Assembly (NCBI GenBank): GCA_035602855.1
Contig: DATNLN010000042.1
Span: 14,645-78,644 of the forward strand
Direction of reading: 5' to 3'
DNA: 64,000 nucleotides
Source: Candidatus Acidiferrales bacterium
Lineage (GTDB): Bacteria > Acidobacteriota > Terriglobia > Acidiferrales > UBA7541
Positions 47,528-58,370 of the stretch are shown piece by piece (the stretch's first letter is position 1; every line of letters starts with the position of its first letter). The notes under the pieces are model-generated. The model worked only from the letters and a program-made list of their open reading frames with translations. It ran no database searches and had not been told where the DNA came from. Both the position numbers and the translations under genes were made by a program.

Positions 47528-47603
47528 CGTAGCAGATGCGTCGAGGCGCATAAACCAGATGGTCCTTAAGGTAAACGCCTAGGAGCGCGCTACGATTGCC
47601 GGA

Positions 47604-48800
47604 TCAGTAGAGGTGGAAAGTTACTTCGATGGTTTGGCGAACCGGTGCGGGCCTGCCATTCGGTCCTGCAGCCGGCCGGAAACGCCAGGTGCGAACCGCT
47701 TCAATCGCTTTTTCGTCCAGGCCCAGCCCGAGGCCCTTCAGCACTTGAATGTCGGTCGCCTTGCCTTCCGCAGTGATGATCGCGACCAGCGTGACCGTGC
47801 CCTGATATTTCGCTTTTACGGCTTCGTCGGAATACTGCGCTTGCGGGCAATAAATGCAAGCCGGATAGCCGTAGCCGCCAGTTCCAGCGTTAAACGGGCC
47901 GCCGCCAGTGCCGCCGCCTGATCCGGGACCCACGCCGCCACCCTCGCCGCTCCCGACGCCTGTGCCGTTTCCAGAGCCGATACCATTGCCGCTGCCGGGC
48001 CCGTTCGAGTCATTGATTACTTTGGATAGCGGGTCGCCCCAGTTATTCATGTTGGGGCTGGGCAGCTTCAATTCCGGCGGACCCAATACCGTCGGCGTCA
48101 TCGCCAGCCGAGCATTCGGATTGGTGACCACTTTCGGCGGAGTGAACTGCGTCATCGCGAATTTCGGCAGCTTGCCGCGGCTGGCAGGCAGTGGGTCATG
48201 CGCGCCGCCACCGCCGCCGCCACCAGCTTTTTTCGCGCCCGGAGGCAGCTTGGGCAAAAACGGCGAAATTGGCATCACGTCAACCTGTGAATTGGCTTTG
48301 GTCGTCGAAGGCGAAGGCAGCACCAGAAGCAACGGACCGATGATCAGCACCAGAATCGTCACGTGGACGGCTAAAGACAGCGCTTGCACGCGCGTAAATT
48401 GCGTGTTTTTGGACCACAGTTCCGGCACAGCCACGGGCTGGCTGGTGGTCTTCAGCGGCGCCAGCTTGGGCGGCGAGATAATATCGCGTAGGTTCTGCCA
48501 GAAGCCTGCGAACCCTGCATTCCAGTTTATCAGCAGATCGGAATTCACCGGACCGCGCGGGGCCGAGCGGAAAAATTCGCTCAGGTTGTCCCGCATACTT
48601 TCGCCGAATCCGGGTGTGTTGAATACGGTGGGCTTCGCGCCCTTCATATTTACGGGGCGTTCGAAGAGGAAGTCCCTTACGTTGGAAAAGAAATTCCGCA
48701 GCTCGGAATCCGCGACGGGAGACTTGTAGCGGCCGATCTCAAGGGTCGGTTCCGCCTTGGTGCCGCCTGGTTCGCTGATGGGCGTTGTAAGATCTGCCAT
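47604..48800 (-). CDS. tonB: energy transducer TonB (long form)
   Basis: Central TM, Gly/Pro-rich linker, C-terminal TonB domain (GTVTLVAIITAEGKATDIQVLKGLGLGLDEKAIEAVRTWRFRPA). Confidence 0.8.
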   Translation of the reverse strand: MADLTTPISEPGGTKAEPTLEIGRYKSPVADSELRNFFSNVRDFLFERPVNMKGAKPTVFNTPGFGESMRDNLSEFFRSAPRGPVNSDLLINWNAGFAGFWQNLRDIISPPKLAPLKTTSQPVAVPELWSKNTQFTRVQALSLAVHVTILVLIIGPLLLVLPSPSTTKANSQVDVMPISPFLPKLPPGAKKAGGGGGGGAHDPLPASRGKLPKFAMTQFTPPKVVTNPNARLAMTPTVLGPPELKLPSPNMNNWGDPLSKVINDSNGPGSGNGIGSGNGTGVGSGEGGGVGPGSGGGTGGGPFNAGTGGYGYPACIYCPQAQYSDEAVKAKYQGTVTLVAIITAEGKATDIQVLKGLGLGLDEKAIEAVRTWRFRPAAGPNGRPAPVRQTIEVTFHLY

Positions 48801-49040
48801 TTGGCTGCCTGCTGCTAGGTGCCGCAGTCCCCTGTTAGCTTAGACGCGCCACCACCAAAAAGGATGTCTGGCCGGGCGCGGCTGACACCATGCAAAAAGC
48901 ATTGTAACATACGAGCTGCAAGTTTCGTTGTGCAGCAACTCACAACTGTGCTTTGGTGAAAAAGTCATGGAGCCAGGTGTTTCAGCTGCCCCGCGCGCAA
49001 CTCGATCTCGCAAGATAGAAAGGCTTCCGAACCCCTAGAG

Positions 49041-51908
49041 ATGGCTAAACCTGTGGACCTTAAAAGCACGCTGAATCTTCCGAAGACGGATTTTCCCATG
49101 AAAGCCAAGCTGCCAGAGCGCGAGCCGGAACAGTTGGCTGCATGGGAAGCGCAGGGCTTGTACTACCGCATTCTGGAATCGCGCGCGGACGCGCCGCTTT
49201 TTGTGCTGCACGATGGGCCGCCGTATCCCACGGGTGAAATCCATCTGGGTACTGGGCTGAATAAGGTTGTGAAAGACATGATCGTGAAGTCGAAGACCAT
49301 GTCCGGATTTCGTGCGCCGTACATTCCCGGTTGGGATTGCCATGGGCTGCCCATCGAAACGAAAGTCGAAAAAGAATTGGGCGGCAAGACGAGCAAAGTG
49401 CCGGCCGCGGAGTTCCGTCGGATGTGCCGGCAGTTCGCGGCGGGCTTTGTCGAGAAGCACAAGGTCGAATTCAAGCGCTTGGGAGTCCTGGGCCAGTGGG
49501 ATCGGCCTTATCTCACGATGGACGCGCGCGATGAGGCTTCGATTGCCGGCGCGTTCCTTGATTTCTACGAGAAGGGCTATGTGTATCGCGGCCTGAAACC
49601 CGTATATTGGTGCATTTTTGATCGCACCGCGCTGGCGGAAGCCGAAGTGGAATACGAAGACCACACCAGCCCTTCGATCTGGGTGAGGTTTCCGGTTGTT
49701 TCCGGGGATAAAGCGAAAGAGCTGGGGCTGGATGGCGACGTCAGCGCGTTGATCTGGACGACCACGCCGTGGACGCTGCCCGCGAACCGCGCCTTGGCGT
49801 TTCATCCGGAGTTCGAGTACGTCGTAGCGGATACTTCTGCGGGAAAATTGCTGCTGGCGAAAGAGCGCGTGAACGCTCTGGAAACCGAACTGCACATCGA
49901 AGTCCACGAAGTGCACGGTAACTGGAAAGGTTCGGGCTTCGAAGGCGTGCACTTCCAGCATCCGTTTCTCGATTTGCAGGTTCCTGGCGTGCTTGCCGAT
50001 TATGTGACGCTGGATCAGGGCAGCGGCATCGTGCACACCGCTCCGGGTCACGGCGCGGACGATTTCCGCACCGGACAAAAATACGGCCTTGAATCCTACG
50101 CGCCGCAAGACGACGACGGCCGTTTCATCGAAGGCTTGCCGGAGTACAAGGGCAAGACGGTCTTTGAAGCGAATCCCATCGTCATCGCGCTGCTCAGGAG
50201 GCGCGACATGCTCGTCGGCGAAAAGAAAATCACGCACAGTTATCCGCATTGCTGGCGCTGCCACAATCCGGTGATTTTCCGCGCCACCGAGCAATGGTTC
50301 ATTCAGATGGATGCCGGCACGGCCGCGGTCCCTGCGCCGAAAACGCCGGCGCTGCGCCCGCGGGCTCTCGAGGAAATAGAAAAAGTAAAATGGCTCCCGG
50401 CATGGGGTCGCGAACGCATGCGCGAAATGATTGCCGGACGTCCGGACTGGTGCATTTCCCGCCAACGATTCTGGGGCGTGCCGCTGATTGTTTTTTATTG
50501 CGACGCTTGTGGGCTACAGCTGAAGGACCCGGTTGCGTTGCGTCACGTGCTGCCATTTTTTGAACGCGAAGGCGCGGACGTGTGGTTTACGCGCACGGCC
50601 GAAGAATTGTTACCCCCAGGCACGAAGTGCTCTTGCGGCCACGCGAAGTGGCGCAAGGAAACCGACATTCTCGACGTATGGTTCGAATCCGGCTCGACGC
50701 ATCTGGCCGTTCTAACGCGCGACAATCAGCGTTGGCCGGCGGACGTTTACCTGGAAGGTCCGGACCAGTATCGCGGATGGTTCCAGAGTTCATTGCTGGT
50801 GGGCATCGGCACGCGCGGGGGTGCACCGTACCGAGAAATCGTGACGCACGGATGGACGCTCGACGAAAAAGGCGCGCCGATGTCCAAGTCTTTGGGCAAC
50901 GCCATCTATCCCGCGGAAATCTGCGCGAAATGGGGCGCGGACCTGCTGCGGATTTGGGTCGTCTCGCAGGATTACACGGCGGACGTGCGCATTTCCGAAG
51001 CCATGATGACGCAGCTGGCGGAAGCGTATCGCAAGATCCGCAACACCTTTCGCTTCGCGCTGAGCAACTTGTACGACTTCGATCCGGCGCGCGACTCCGT
51101 AGCTGACGCCGACCTATGGGAAATGGACGCGTGGATGCTGCGGCGCACGGGCGCCCTGGCGCGCGAATGCCGCGAGTGGTACGACAAATTCGAATTTCAC
51201 CGCGTCTATCACGCGCTGCACGATTTCTGCACGGTGGACCTTAGCTCTTTCTATTTCGACGTGCTGAAGGACCGCCTGTATACGTTCGCGCCGAAAAGTA
51301 TCGGGCGGCGTTCGGCGCAGACCGCCGTGTACCGCATCGCCAGCACGTTGCTGCGGCTGATCGCGCCCGTCACCGTCTTCACGGCAGAAGAAGTGTGGAA
51401 ACATTTGCCGCGCGCTGCGTCCGAGCCGGCCAGCGTGCACATCGCGACCTTCCCAGTGGCTGCGGAACTCGAACGCGTGCTGGACGATGCCGGTGCGAAG
51501 AATTGGGATCGCCTGCTGCAAGTCCGTGAGGAAGTGCTGCGGGCGCTGGAGCCAGTACGCGCTGCGAAGACCATCACCTCCGGCCTGGAAGCGCGCGTAA
51601 CGCTTGCGGCGAACGCTGATTGGGAGGCGCTGCTGCGGAAGTACGCCGCGTTTCTGCCGGGGCTATTCATCGTCTCGCAAGTGGAAATCGCCGATGCAAA
51701 AGCAGGGGGCGCTGCTGCGGGCGGCATAGAGGGCTTGCAGATTCGCGTCGCACGCGCGCTCGGTAAAAAATGCGAGCGCTGTTGGAATTACTCGACGCAC
51801 GTCGGCGAAAATACCGAGTTCCATCCCGCGATCTGTGAAAGATGTGTCGCCGCATTGCAAGAAATCGAACGCGATGGCGGCCTGGCTGCCGGGAGCTCGC
51901 CGTCCTGA
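49041..51908 (+). CDS. ileS: isoleucine--tRNA ligase
   Basis: 955 aa. HIGH-type [16 protein letters not shown]-type PMSKSLGN, C-terminal Zn-finger CERCWNY...CERC. Confidence 0.95.
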   Translation: MAKPVDLKSTLNLPKTDFPMKAKLPEREPEQLAAWEAQGLYYRILESRADAPLFVLHDGPPYPTGEIHLGTGLNKVVKDMIVKSKTMSGFRAPYIPGWDCHGLPIETKVEKELGGKTSKVPAAEFRRMCRQFAAGFVEKHKVEFKRLGVLGQWDRPYLTMDARDEASIAGAFLDFYEKGYVYRGLKPVYWCIFDRTALAEAEVEYEDHTSPSIWVRFPVVSGDKAKELGLDGDVSALIWTTTPWTLPANRALAFHPEFEYVVADTSAGKLLLAKERVNALETELHIEVHEVHGNWKGSGFEGVHFQHPFLDLQVPGVLADYVTLDQGSGIVHTAPGHGADDFRTGQKYGLESYAPQDDDGRFIEGLPEYKGKTVFEANPIVIALLRRRDMLVGEKKITHSYPHCWRCHNPVIFRATEQWFIQMDAGTAAVPAPKTPALRPRALEEIEKVKWLPAWGRERMREMIAGRPDWCISRQRFWGVPLIVFYCDACGLQLKDPVALRHVLPFFEREGADVWFTRTAEELLPPGTKCSCGHAKWRKETDILDVWFESGSTHLAVLTRDNQRWPADVYLEGPDQYRGWFQSSLLVGIGTRGGAPYREIVTHGWTLDEKGAPMSKSLGNAIYPAEICAKWGADLLRIWVVSQDYTADVRISEAMMTQLAEAYRKIRNTFRFALSNLYDFDPARDSVADADLWEMDAWMLRRTGALARECREWYDKFEFHRVYHALHDFCTVDLSSFYFDVLKDRLYTFAPKSIGRRSAQTAVYRIASTLLRLIAPVTVFTAEEVWKHLPRAASEPASVHIATFPVAAELERVLDDAGAKNWDRLLQVREEVLRALEPVRAAKTITSGLEARVTLAANADWEALLRKYAAFLPGLFIVSQVEIADAKAGGAAAGGIEGLQIRVARALGKKCERCWNYSTHVGENTEFHPAICERCVAALQEIERDGGLAAGSSPS

Positions 51909-52417
51909 TGCCAGGCGCCTCGCGTTTTCGTGGGCTCGCGCTGGGAATTATTTCGCTGGGTGCACTCGCGGCCGACCAGTTCAGCAAGCACGCAGTGGAA
52001 ACACACACAGCCGTGGGTTCGCTGCGTGTCGTGATTCCCGGTTTGCTGAATCTGGTGCATACCAGCAATCCCGGAGTCGCGTTCGGCCTGTTCGCCGATT
52101 CCGAAAATCCCTGGCGAGGTCCGCTGCTCATCACTTTTTCCGTCGCGGTGATTGCCATGCTGGTGTGGCTGCTGGCGACGGGCCGCGCCGGCGGGCGTCT
52201 GGGCGAATGCGGCCTGGCGCTGATTCTGGGCGGCGCGCTGGGCAACGTACTGGACCGCTTCCTGCGCCACAGCGTTACCGACTTCATTGACTGTCACATC
52301 GGCGACCACCACTGGTACACATTTAATCTGGCGGATTCCGCGATCGTGCTGGGTGCGGCGCTGGTAGTGCTGGAACTGTTTCGCGAGCAGGCGCATCCTA
52401 ATCAGGAGCCGGCATAG
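51908..52417 (+). CDS. lspA: lipoprotein signal peptidase II
   Basis: [26 protein letters not shown] motifs. ATG 51908 overlaps the ileS TGA. Confidence 0.9.
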   Translation: MPGASRFRGLALGIISLGALAADQFSKHAVETHTAVGSLRVVIPGLLNLVHTSNPGVAFGLFADSENPWRGPLLITFSVAVIAMLVWLLATGRAGGRLGECGLALILGGALGNVLDRFLRHSVTDFIDCHIGDHHWYTFNLADSAIVLGAALVVLELFREQAHPNQEPA

Positions 52418-52419
52418 GC

Positions 52420-53244
52420 ATGCATCCGATACTCTTCAATTTTGGCGGCATCCCGATTTATTCCTACGGGGTGTTAGTCGCAACGGGTGTGCTGATCAGC
52501 CTCTGGTACGGCCGCCGCCAGGCTCCGCGCGCGGGGATTGATCCCGACAAACTGTGGAACATGGGGATTTATTTCGTCCTGGTGGCGCTGCTGGTGGCGA
52601 AAATCTGGTTGATCTTGAGCGCTTGGGATTTTTACGCGGCGAATCCTCGCTACATTTTCAGCGTCGCCACGTTTCAATCGGGCGGTACTTTTTACGGCGG
52701 CGTCGTAGGCGGCATACTGACAATTCTGCTCTACACCCACTTTCAGAAAATGCCGCTGCTCCCCACGCTCGATACCTGCGCGGCCGCGCTGCCCATCGGC
52801 CACGCCATCGGACGGCTGGGATGTTTCGCGGCGGGCTGTTGCTACGGCAAGCCGACCACGGTTGCATGGGGCGTCGTGTTCAAGAATCCTCTGGCCGAGC
52901 AGTTGGCCGGCACGCCACTGGGGGTGCATCTGCATCCGACGCAGCTGTACGAAGCGTTTCTGGAATTTTTGAATTTTCTTTTTTTAATGTGGCTGGGCAA
53001 ACGGCAGCGTTTCGTCGGCGAAATTTTCGGCGCTTACTTGATGTTGTACGGCACCGAGCGCGGCATCATCGAATTTTTCCGCGGCGATCCCGGACGCACG
53101 ATGATGTTTCACGACAGCATTTCGCTGATGCAGATCACGAGCCTGGTGTTGATTTTGACAGGCGCCTTCCTGTGGTGGCGCGGACTGCAGGGTAAGGCGC
53201 CGACTCAACCGGTGACTACGATGCGCGCCGAAGCCGGCGATTAG
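52420..53244 (+). CDS. lgt: prolipoprotein diacylglyceryl transferase
   Basis: GRLGCFAAGCCYG, HPTQLYE, YGTERGIIEFFRGD motifs. Confidence 0.9.
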   Translation: MHPILFNFGGIPIYSYGVLVATGVLISLWYGRRQAPRAGIDPDKLWNMGIYFVLVALLVAKIWLILSAWDFYAANPRYIFSVATFQSGGTFYGGVVGGILTILLYTHFQKMPLLPTLDTCAAALPIGHAIGRLGCFAAGCCYGKPTTVAWGVVFKNPLAEQLAGTPLGVHLHPTQLYEAFLEFLNFLFLMWLGKRQRFVGEIFGAYLMLYGTERGIIEFFRGDPGRTMMFHDSISLMQITSLVLILTGAFLWWRGLQGKAPTQPVTTMRAEAGD

Positions 53245-53286
53245 CACCGGCGCATAGAACGCGAAACAGATTCAACGATTCCCCTC

Positions 53287-54336
53287 ATGCACGATTATCC
53301 TGACACCGCTAGCGATGAGAATTTCGACGCGCCAGACGATTCGCTCCGTCACCACGAATTCGTGGTGGCCGAACAGGACGCTGGCCAGCGCCTCGATCGT
53401 TTTCTCGCCGCGCAATTTCCGGACGTGAGCCGCACGCACGTGCGGACCCTGATTGACGAAGGCCGCGTACGCGTGGGCGGCATCGCCAAAAAGCCCTCGC
53501 ATCATCTGGAATCCGGCGAAACCATCACCGTGGAAATCCCCGCGCCGCCGCTGCCCGGCGTGGAATCTGAAAATATCCCGCTCACGATCCTTTACGAAGA
53601 CCGCGACATCGCGATCGTGAATAAAGCCGCCGGAATGATCGTCCATCCTGGCGCCGGTGCGGATGCCGGCACGCTCGTCGCGGCGCTGTTGCATCGCTTC
53701 GGCGTCGAAAAAGGGCTTTCCAGCGTCGGCGGTCCGCTGCGGCCGGGAATCGTGCACCGTCTCGACAAGGGAACTTCCGGGGCGATGATCATCGCGCGCA
53801 ATGACGCAGCTCACCTGAAACTGGTGGAAGAATTTCGCGAGCGCCGCGTGCAGAAAACCTACCTGGCTCTTTTACATGGAAATGCCAAGGGTGAAAAAGG
53901 ACGCATTGAGTTGCCCGTGGCGCGCGACCTGCGCCGCCGCTCGCGCATGACTGCACGCCGCAGCGAAGGCCGCGAAGCGCGCACGGATTGGCGCCTGCTC
54001 TTGCGGCTCGGCGCGTTTTCACTGATCGAAGCCGATCTGCATACCGGGCGCACGCACCAGATCCGCGTGCATTTTTCGGCGCTGGCGCTGCCAGTAGTCG
54101 GCGATACGCTCTACGGAGCCCCGCATCAGGAATCCATCGGGCGCGAGCAGTTGCCGTCGCTGGGACGCAACTTTCTGCATTCCGCGCGCATCGCACTAGA
54201 ACACCCCCGCACGGGCCAGCGCATGGAATTTCGCGCACCGCTGCCGCAGGAGTTGCTGACATACCTGCGCAACCTCGGCGCATTGGCGAAATTGCCGCCC
54301 GGTGATATTGACGCCGCGCTGAAGGATTACCTATGA
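53287..54336 (+). CDS. rluD: RluA-family 23S rRNA pseudouridine synthase (RluD-like)
   Basis: S4 domain (GQRLDRFLA) and catalytic HRLDKGTSG motif. Confidence 0.85.
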   Translation: MHDYPDTASDENFDAPDDSLRHHEFVVAEQDAGQRLDRFLAAQFPDVSRTHVRTLIDEGRVRVGGIAKKPSHHLESGETITVEIPAPPLPGVESENIPLTILYEDRDIAIVNKAAGMIVHPGAGADAGTLVAALLHRFGVEKGLSSVGGPLRPGIVHRLDKGTSGAMIIARNDAAHLKLVEEFRERRVQKTYLALLHGNAKGEKGRIELPVARDLRRRSRMTARRSEGREARTDWRLLLRLGAFSLIEADLHTGRTHQIRVHFSALALPVVGDTLYGAPHQESIGREQLPSLGRNFLHSARIALEHPRTGQRMEFRAPLPQELLTYLRNLGALAKLPPGDIDAALKDYL

Positions 54337-55439
54337 TGATTCGCGTGAGAACTCTGCGCACGATTGCCGCGCCTTTCCTGTTCATCCTGGCAACGCTGTT
54401 GATGGTTTTCGCCGTTTCCACGCGCGCGCAACAGACTCCCTCGCAAGCGCCAGCGCCGCCGCCTCCGCCCACCACCTCCGGCGATGCGCCAGCGCAGAAT
54501 CCGGAACAAAGTCCGGCGAAGCCCGGAGGCTCACAAGCCGCCACTCCCCCGATCACTTCCACCACAGGCCTGGTGCACCTGGTCGCCACGGTAATGGACC
54601 GCCGCCACGAATTCGTCACGGATCTGGATCAGAGCGATTTCAGAGTTCTGGAAGATGGTACACCGCAGGAAATTCGCTATTTTGGACGCGACACAGATTT
54701 GCCGTTGCGCATAGGCATTCTGCTCGATACTTCCAACAGCATTCGCCCGCGCCTCGAATTTGAAAAGGAAGCCGCCAACGATTTCTTGCAGCACGTGATC
54801 CGCAGAAACAAAGATCAGGCGTTCCTGATGACGTTCGACAACGAGCCCGAGGTGATTCAGGATTTCACCGGCGATCTGTCGCTGCTCACCGACGCCATCC
54901 GCAAACAGCGCGCCGGCGGCGGCACCGCACTGGACGACGCCATCTATCGCGCCGCCGAAAAGCTTTCCAATCCTCCGCTGCCCAAGGGCCCGAATCCTGA
55001 AGTGCGCCGCGTGCTGGTGGTGATCAGTGACGGCGACGACAACCTAAGCGATCATGCGCTGAGCGAATCCGTGGAAGCAGCGATTCGCGCCGAGGCCGCG
55101 ATCTATTGCGTCAGCACGAATACGGACTGGCTGGCGATTGATGGCGACAAGCCGCGCAAAATGCACATCGAAGGCGGCGATAAAGTTCTGGAGGAGTTCG
55201 CCGACCAGAGCGGCGGGCGCGTTTTCTATCCTTATAAGGTGGACGATCTGGCGCAGTCGTTTGTGGATATCGGCACCGAGCTGCGCAGTCAGTATTTCAT
55301 AGCGTATTCTCCGTCGAATCCGCAATCCACCGGGAAATATCGCAAGATCGACGTGCAGACAGATCGCAAGGGCCTGAACGTGCGCACCCGCAAAGGTTAT
55401 TACGCCACGACGCCCACCGTGCCGCCATCCGGCAAGTAA
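54333..55439 (+). CDS. VWA domain protein (VWFA-related acidobacterial type)
   Basis: Signal peptide, P/Q-rich linker, conserved LVHLVATVMD..., MIDAS DTSNS. Confidence 0.8.
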   Translation: MMIRVRTLRTIAAPFLFILATLLMVFAVSTRAQQTPSQAPAPPPPPTTSGDAPAQNPEQSPAKPGGSQAATPPITSTTGLVHLVATVMDRRHEFVTDLDQSDFRVLEDGTPQEIRYFGRDTDLPLRIGILLDTSNSIRPRLEFEKEAANDFLQHVIRRNKDQAFLMTFDNEPEVIQDFTGDLSLLTDAIRKQRAGGGTALDDAIYRAAEKLSNPPLPKGPNPEVRRVLVVISDGDDNLSDHALSESVEAAIRAEAAIYCVSTNTDWLAIDGDKPRKMHIEGGDKVLEEFADQSGGRVFYPYKVDDLAQSFVDIGTELRSQYFIAYSPSNPQSTGKYRKIDVQTDRKGLNVRTRKGYYATTPTVPPSGK

Positions 55440-55580
55440 GTCGGCATTATTCCTGCAGTGTTCGTGCGATTCTAACGGGGCTGCGCAGCGCATTTTGCAG
55501 GCGCGCACTTGCGTGCGCCATCGGTAGGACGGCGCGGAACGATGGCGGTCTAAAGATCCGCCGAAACGAAAGCTTACCGT

Positions 55581-56621
55581 TCACTTGAACGGCGCGTAAT
55601 ACCCCTTGCGCGCCAAAGTTTTCACGTCCGGTCGCGCAACAGTTACTTGAATCTTGCGGAAAGTTCCATCGCGCTTCACGTTGGTCGGGTAGTAGCCGAG
55701 CACGTACTGCGATCTTAACTCCTCCGAAATCTCATCGAAGGCCTTCTCCAGCGATTTCTCATTGTGCACGTCAATCACGCGCCCGCCGGTATCATCCGCC
55801 ATGCGTCGCGCGACACCCGGGCCCGTGCCAAATGTCGCCATGCGATCCGAAATCAGCAGAACGTGAATCACCGCGTCCGAGCGCTGCGCAGCCTCGATCG
55901 CATCCTGCATTCTCAATTTGCTTCCGGTATCTTCCGCGTCGGTCAGAATGATCACGCCCTTGCGGCCGGCTTCGGTTGCGAGTTCATCGTGGCAGGCCAG
56001 GTAAATCGCGTCGTAGAGATCTGTGCCGCCGCTGTTGTTGCCCTGCGGAATTGTGCCGGGAGTCACCACGCCGCCTCCGCCCACCGAATTCACGCGCGCG
56101 CGGCGAATCGCGCTGGATAGCACCGAAGTGTCCTGAGTGAAATCAGCGAGCAGGTCCACGTCGAAGTCGAAGGTGATCACCATCGCTTCGTCCTTCGGCC
56201 GCATCACTTCACGCAGGAATCGCGACGCGGCGTCCTGCTCCGCGTCAATCATGCGGTCCATGCTGGCGCTGGTATCAATCAGCAGGCCCAGCGTGATGGG
56301 CATATTCACTTCTCTCGAGAAAAATTCCACCTTCTGCTCGACGTTGTCTTCCGTGATCTTGAAATCTTCCTTGTTCAGGTCGTTGACGATTCCGTGCTGC
56401 TTGTTGCGCACCGTGGCGAACACGTTGACGACGTTCGTCTGCACTCTCAGCGGTCCCTGGCCCTGCGGCGGATTCTGCGGATTCGATTGCTGGCCTTGCT
56501 GGTCGGATTGTGCCTGCGGCTCCGGCTGCGCGGCGCCTCGCGCAGGCGCTTCCGTCGTCACCCCTACGTATCCCGCCAGTGCCAATGTAAAAATGCCCGC
56601 CGCGAGGCTGGTCAGCCGCAT
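55581..56621 (-). CDS. VWA domain protein (VWFA-related acidobacterial type)
   Basis: Paralog with MIDAS DTSAS. Start ATG 56621 preceded by AGGGAGA. The track start is 56663. Confidence 0.8.
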   Translation of the reverse strand: MRLTSLAAGIFTLALAGYVGVTTEAPARGAAQPEPQAQSDQQGQQSNPQNPPQGQGPLRVQTNVVNVFATVRNKQHGIVNDLNKEDFKITEDNVEQKVEFFSREVNMPITLGLLIDTSASMDRMIDAEQDAASRFLREVMRPKDEAMVITFDFDVDLLADFTQDTSVLSSAIRRARVNSVGGGGVVTPGTIPQGNNSGGTDLYDAIYLACHDELATEAGRKGVIILTDAEDTGSKLRMQDAIEAAQRSDAVIHVLLISDRMATFGTGPGVARRMADDTGGRVIDVHNEKSLEKAFDEISEELRSQYVLGYYPTNVKRDGTFRKIQVTVARPDVKTLARKGYYAPFK

Positions 56622-56757
56622 TGTATAATCTCCCTGTAGCCGGTTGCGTTTGATACGATGCACCGAGCGCGCCAGCGGATGTTTCCCGAAGCTGCCCGGT
56701 GCGAAATTACGAACGGGACTTTAAATTGGCGCCATTCGGCCGAATCGAGAATCTCAG

Positions 56758-57945
56758 ATGACGCGATTAATTTCGACGCTGGGTATTGTATTACTTTTCG
56801 GCGCTCTTGCGTGGGCTCAGCAGTCGGGCCCTCCGGGAACGACGCAGCAGCAGGATTCCAAACCTCCGGTGCAGCCGGGGCAAACGGCGCCCCCCGCGCA
56901 GCCCGGGGCGCCGGTGCAAGCTCCGCCGGTGCAAACGCCGCAGCCGCAAACCGGGCAGTCGCAAAGCGCGCCGCCCGCCGCCGTACCGCCGCAGAATTCC
57001 AAGCAAGCCAGCGACGCGCGCCAGGCCATCAAGATCCGCACGAACCTGGTGATCATTCCCGTCACGGTGAAGAACCGCGACGGCCAGCTGATCGGCGATC
57101 TGCAGCGTGATGAGTTCCGCGTCTTCTGCGACAACGTCGAACAGCAAATTGTTTTCTTTACGTCCGATCCGTTTCCGCTCTCGGCTGTGGTGCTGATTGA
57201 TAACGACCTCTCGATCAAATCCGCGGACCAGGTACAAAAAAGTTTGACCGCGATTTCCGGCGGGTTCGGGCCCAACGACGAAGTGGCGATCGTGACCTAC
57301 GACCAATTCCCTACAACCGTGTCGGAGTTTTCGTTCAACAACGATCTCCTTTTCACTCAACTCAAGCGACTCGACCTGCGTTCGCATTATCCCGGCGCGC
57401 CCGTCGGTGGCCCGTTGACCTCTGGCGCGACCTCCAATGGACGTTCGCTCGAAACCGGAGCGCCCACGACCCTGGGCGTACAGCAGCAAAAACAAGATAA
57501 GGACCTCGACGACGCCGTTTACGCCGCGGGCGAAATGCTCAAGAGCCGCGGCCGCGATCGACGCAAAATTGTGTTCCTGATTTCCGACGGAAATAATTCG
57601 CGCACTAACGAACACACGCTCGACCAGACTTTGCAGCTCCTGCTCAAGTCCGACATCTCGGTTTATTCGATTTCCGTCGGCCACGCCTTCATGCAGAAGG
57701 AAAGTACCCGGCTGGAGAGATATGCCACGTCCACGGGCGGCGACACTTTTTACGCCGGGAAGGATCGCGGCTTGGAAAATCTCTATGCTTCCGTCACCGA
57801 ACAAGCCCGCAATCAGTACACCATCACGTTTCAACCGCAAGATACCGACCGCAGCAAGGATTATCACAGCATCGAAGTGCGCGTGCGGCGTCCGGACCTG
57901 GACGTCACAGCGCGCCAGGGTTATTACCAGAGCGGACTGCACTAA
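56758..57945 (+). CDS. VWA domain protein (VWFA-related acidobacterial type), degenerate MIDAS
   Basis: Paralog with a long P/Q/V linker. The DxSxS position reads DNDLS. Confidence 0.75.
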   Translation: MTRLISTLGIVLLFGALAWAQQSGPPGTTQQQDSKPPVQPGQTAPPAQPGAPVQAPPVQTPQPQTGQSQSAPPAAVPPQNSKQASDARQAIKIRTNLVIIPVTVKNRDGQLIGDLQRDEFRVFCDNVEQQIVFFTSDPFPLSAVVLIDNDLSIKSADQVQKSLTAISGGFGPNDEVAIVTYDQFPTTVSEFSFNNDLLFTQLKRLDLRSHYPGAPVGGPLTSGATSNGRSLETGAPTTLGVQQQKQDKDLDDAVYAAGEMLKSRGRDRRKIVFLISDGNNSRTNEHTLDQTLQLLLKSDISVYSISVGHAFMQKESTRLERYATSTGGDTFYAGKDRGLENLYASVTEQARNQYTITFQPQDTDRSKDYHSIEVRVRRPDLDVTARQGYYQSGLH

Positions 57946-58308
57946 AATTTGCGAACGCTTCGTTCCTATCTCACGCGGGGCGGGGCAAATCGCGGATTTT
58001 ATTTGTTGCAGCGCGTGCCGCGACACTCCCACAGTGCATGGGAGCCGCCCTGGAGCGTTGAAACGCAAATTTTTCGATTACCGCACGGCCGTCAATGTGC
58101 GCCAGCGCTCCGACGATTTATAAATCGTGTTGGCGCAAAAGTTTTTCTGCTTGACTTCAACGTCGGCGGCCTTTATAGATTGACGAAGCGAATCGAGCGC
58201 GTTCTGAAATTTGCGGCGCCGCTGATTCGTGGGGAGAAGGTTCCACAGTAATTCATGCGCGGAACATCCCGGGCTTAGTCAGGCAGAGAAGCCCAAGCGG
58301 GAAATGAA

Positions 58309-58346
58309 ACGGGGCGTCACGGGAAACCGCGACGCCCCGTTTTTTT
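58309..58346. terminator. long GC-rich hairpin with T-tract (terminator; possibly bidirectional)
   Basis: ACGGGGCGTCACGGG-AAA-CCGCGACGCCCCGT followed by TTTTTT on the plus strand. The minus-strand side is followed by TTTCATTT. It sits 25 nt beyond the stop of the helicase gene. Confidence 0.7.
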
Positions 58347-58370
58347 GATCTGCGCGTTTTTGTCCGCGAG

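Noticed and set aside
48801-49040. T-box or other riboswitch upstream of ileS.
   Set aside because: No T-box consensus or terminator/antiterminator pair was seen. Only a short GCTGCA/TGCAGC hairpin is present.
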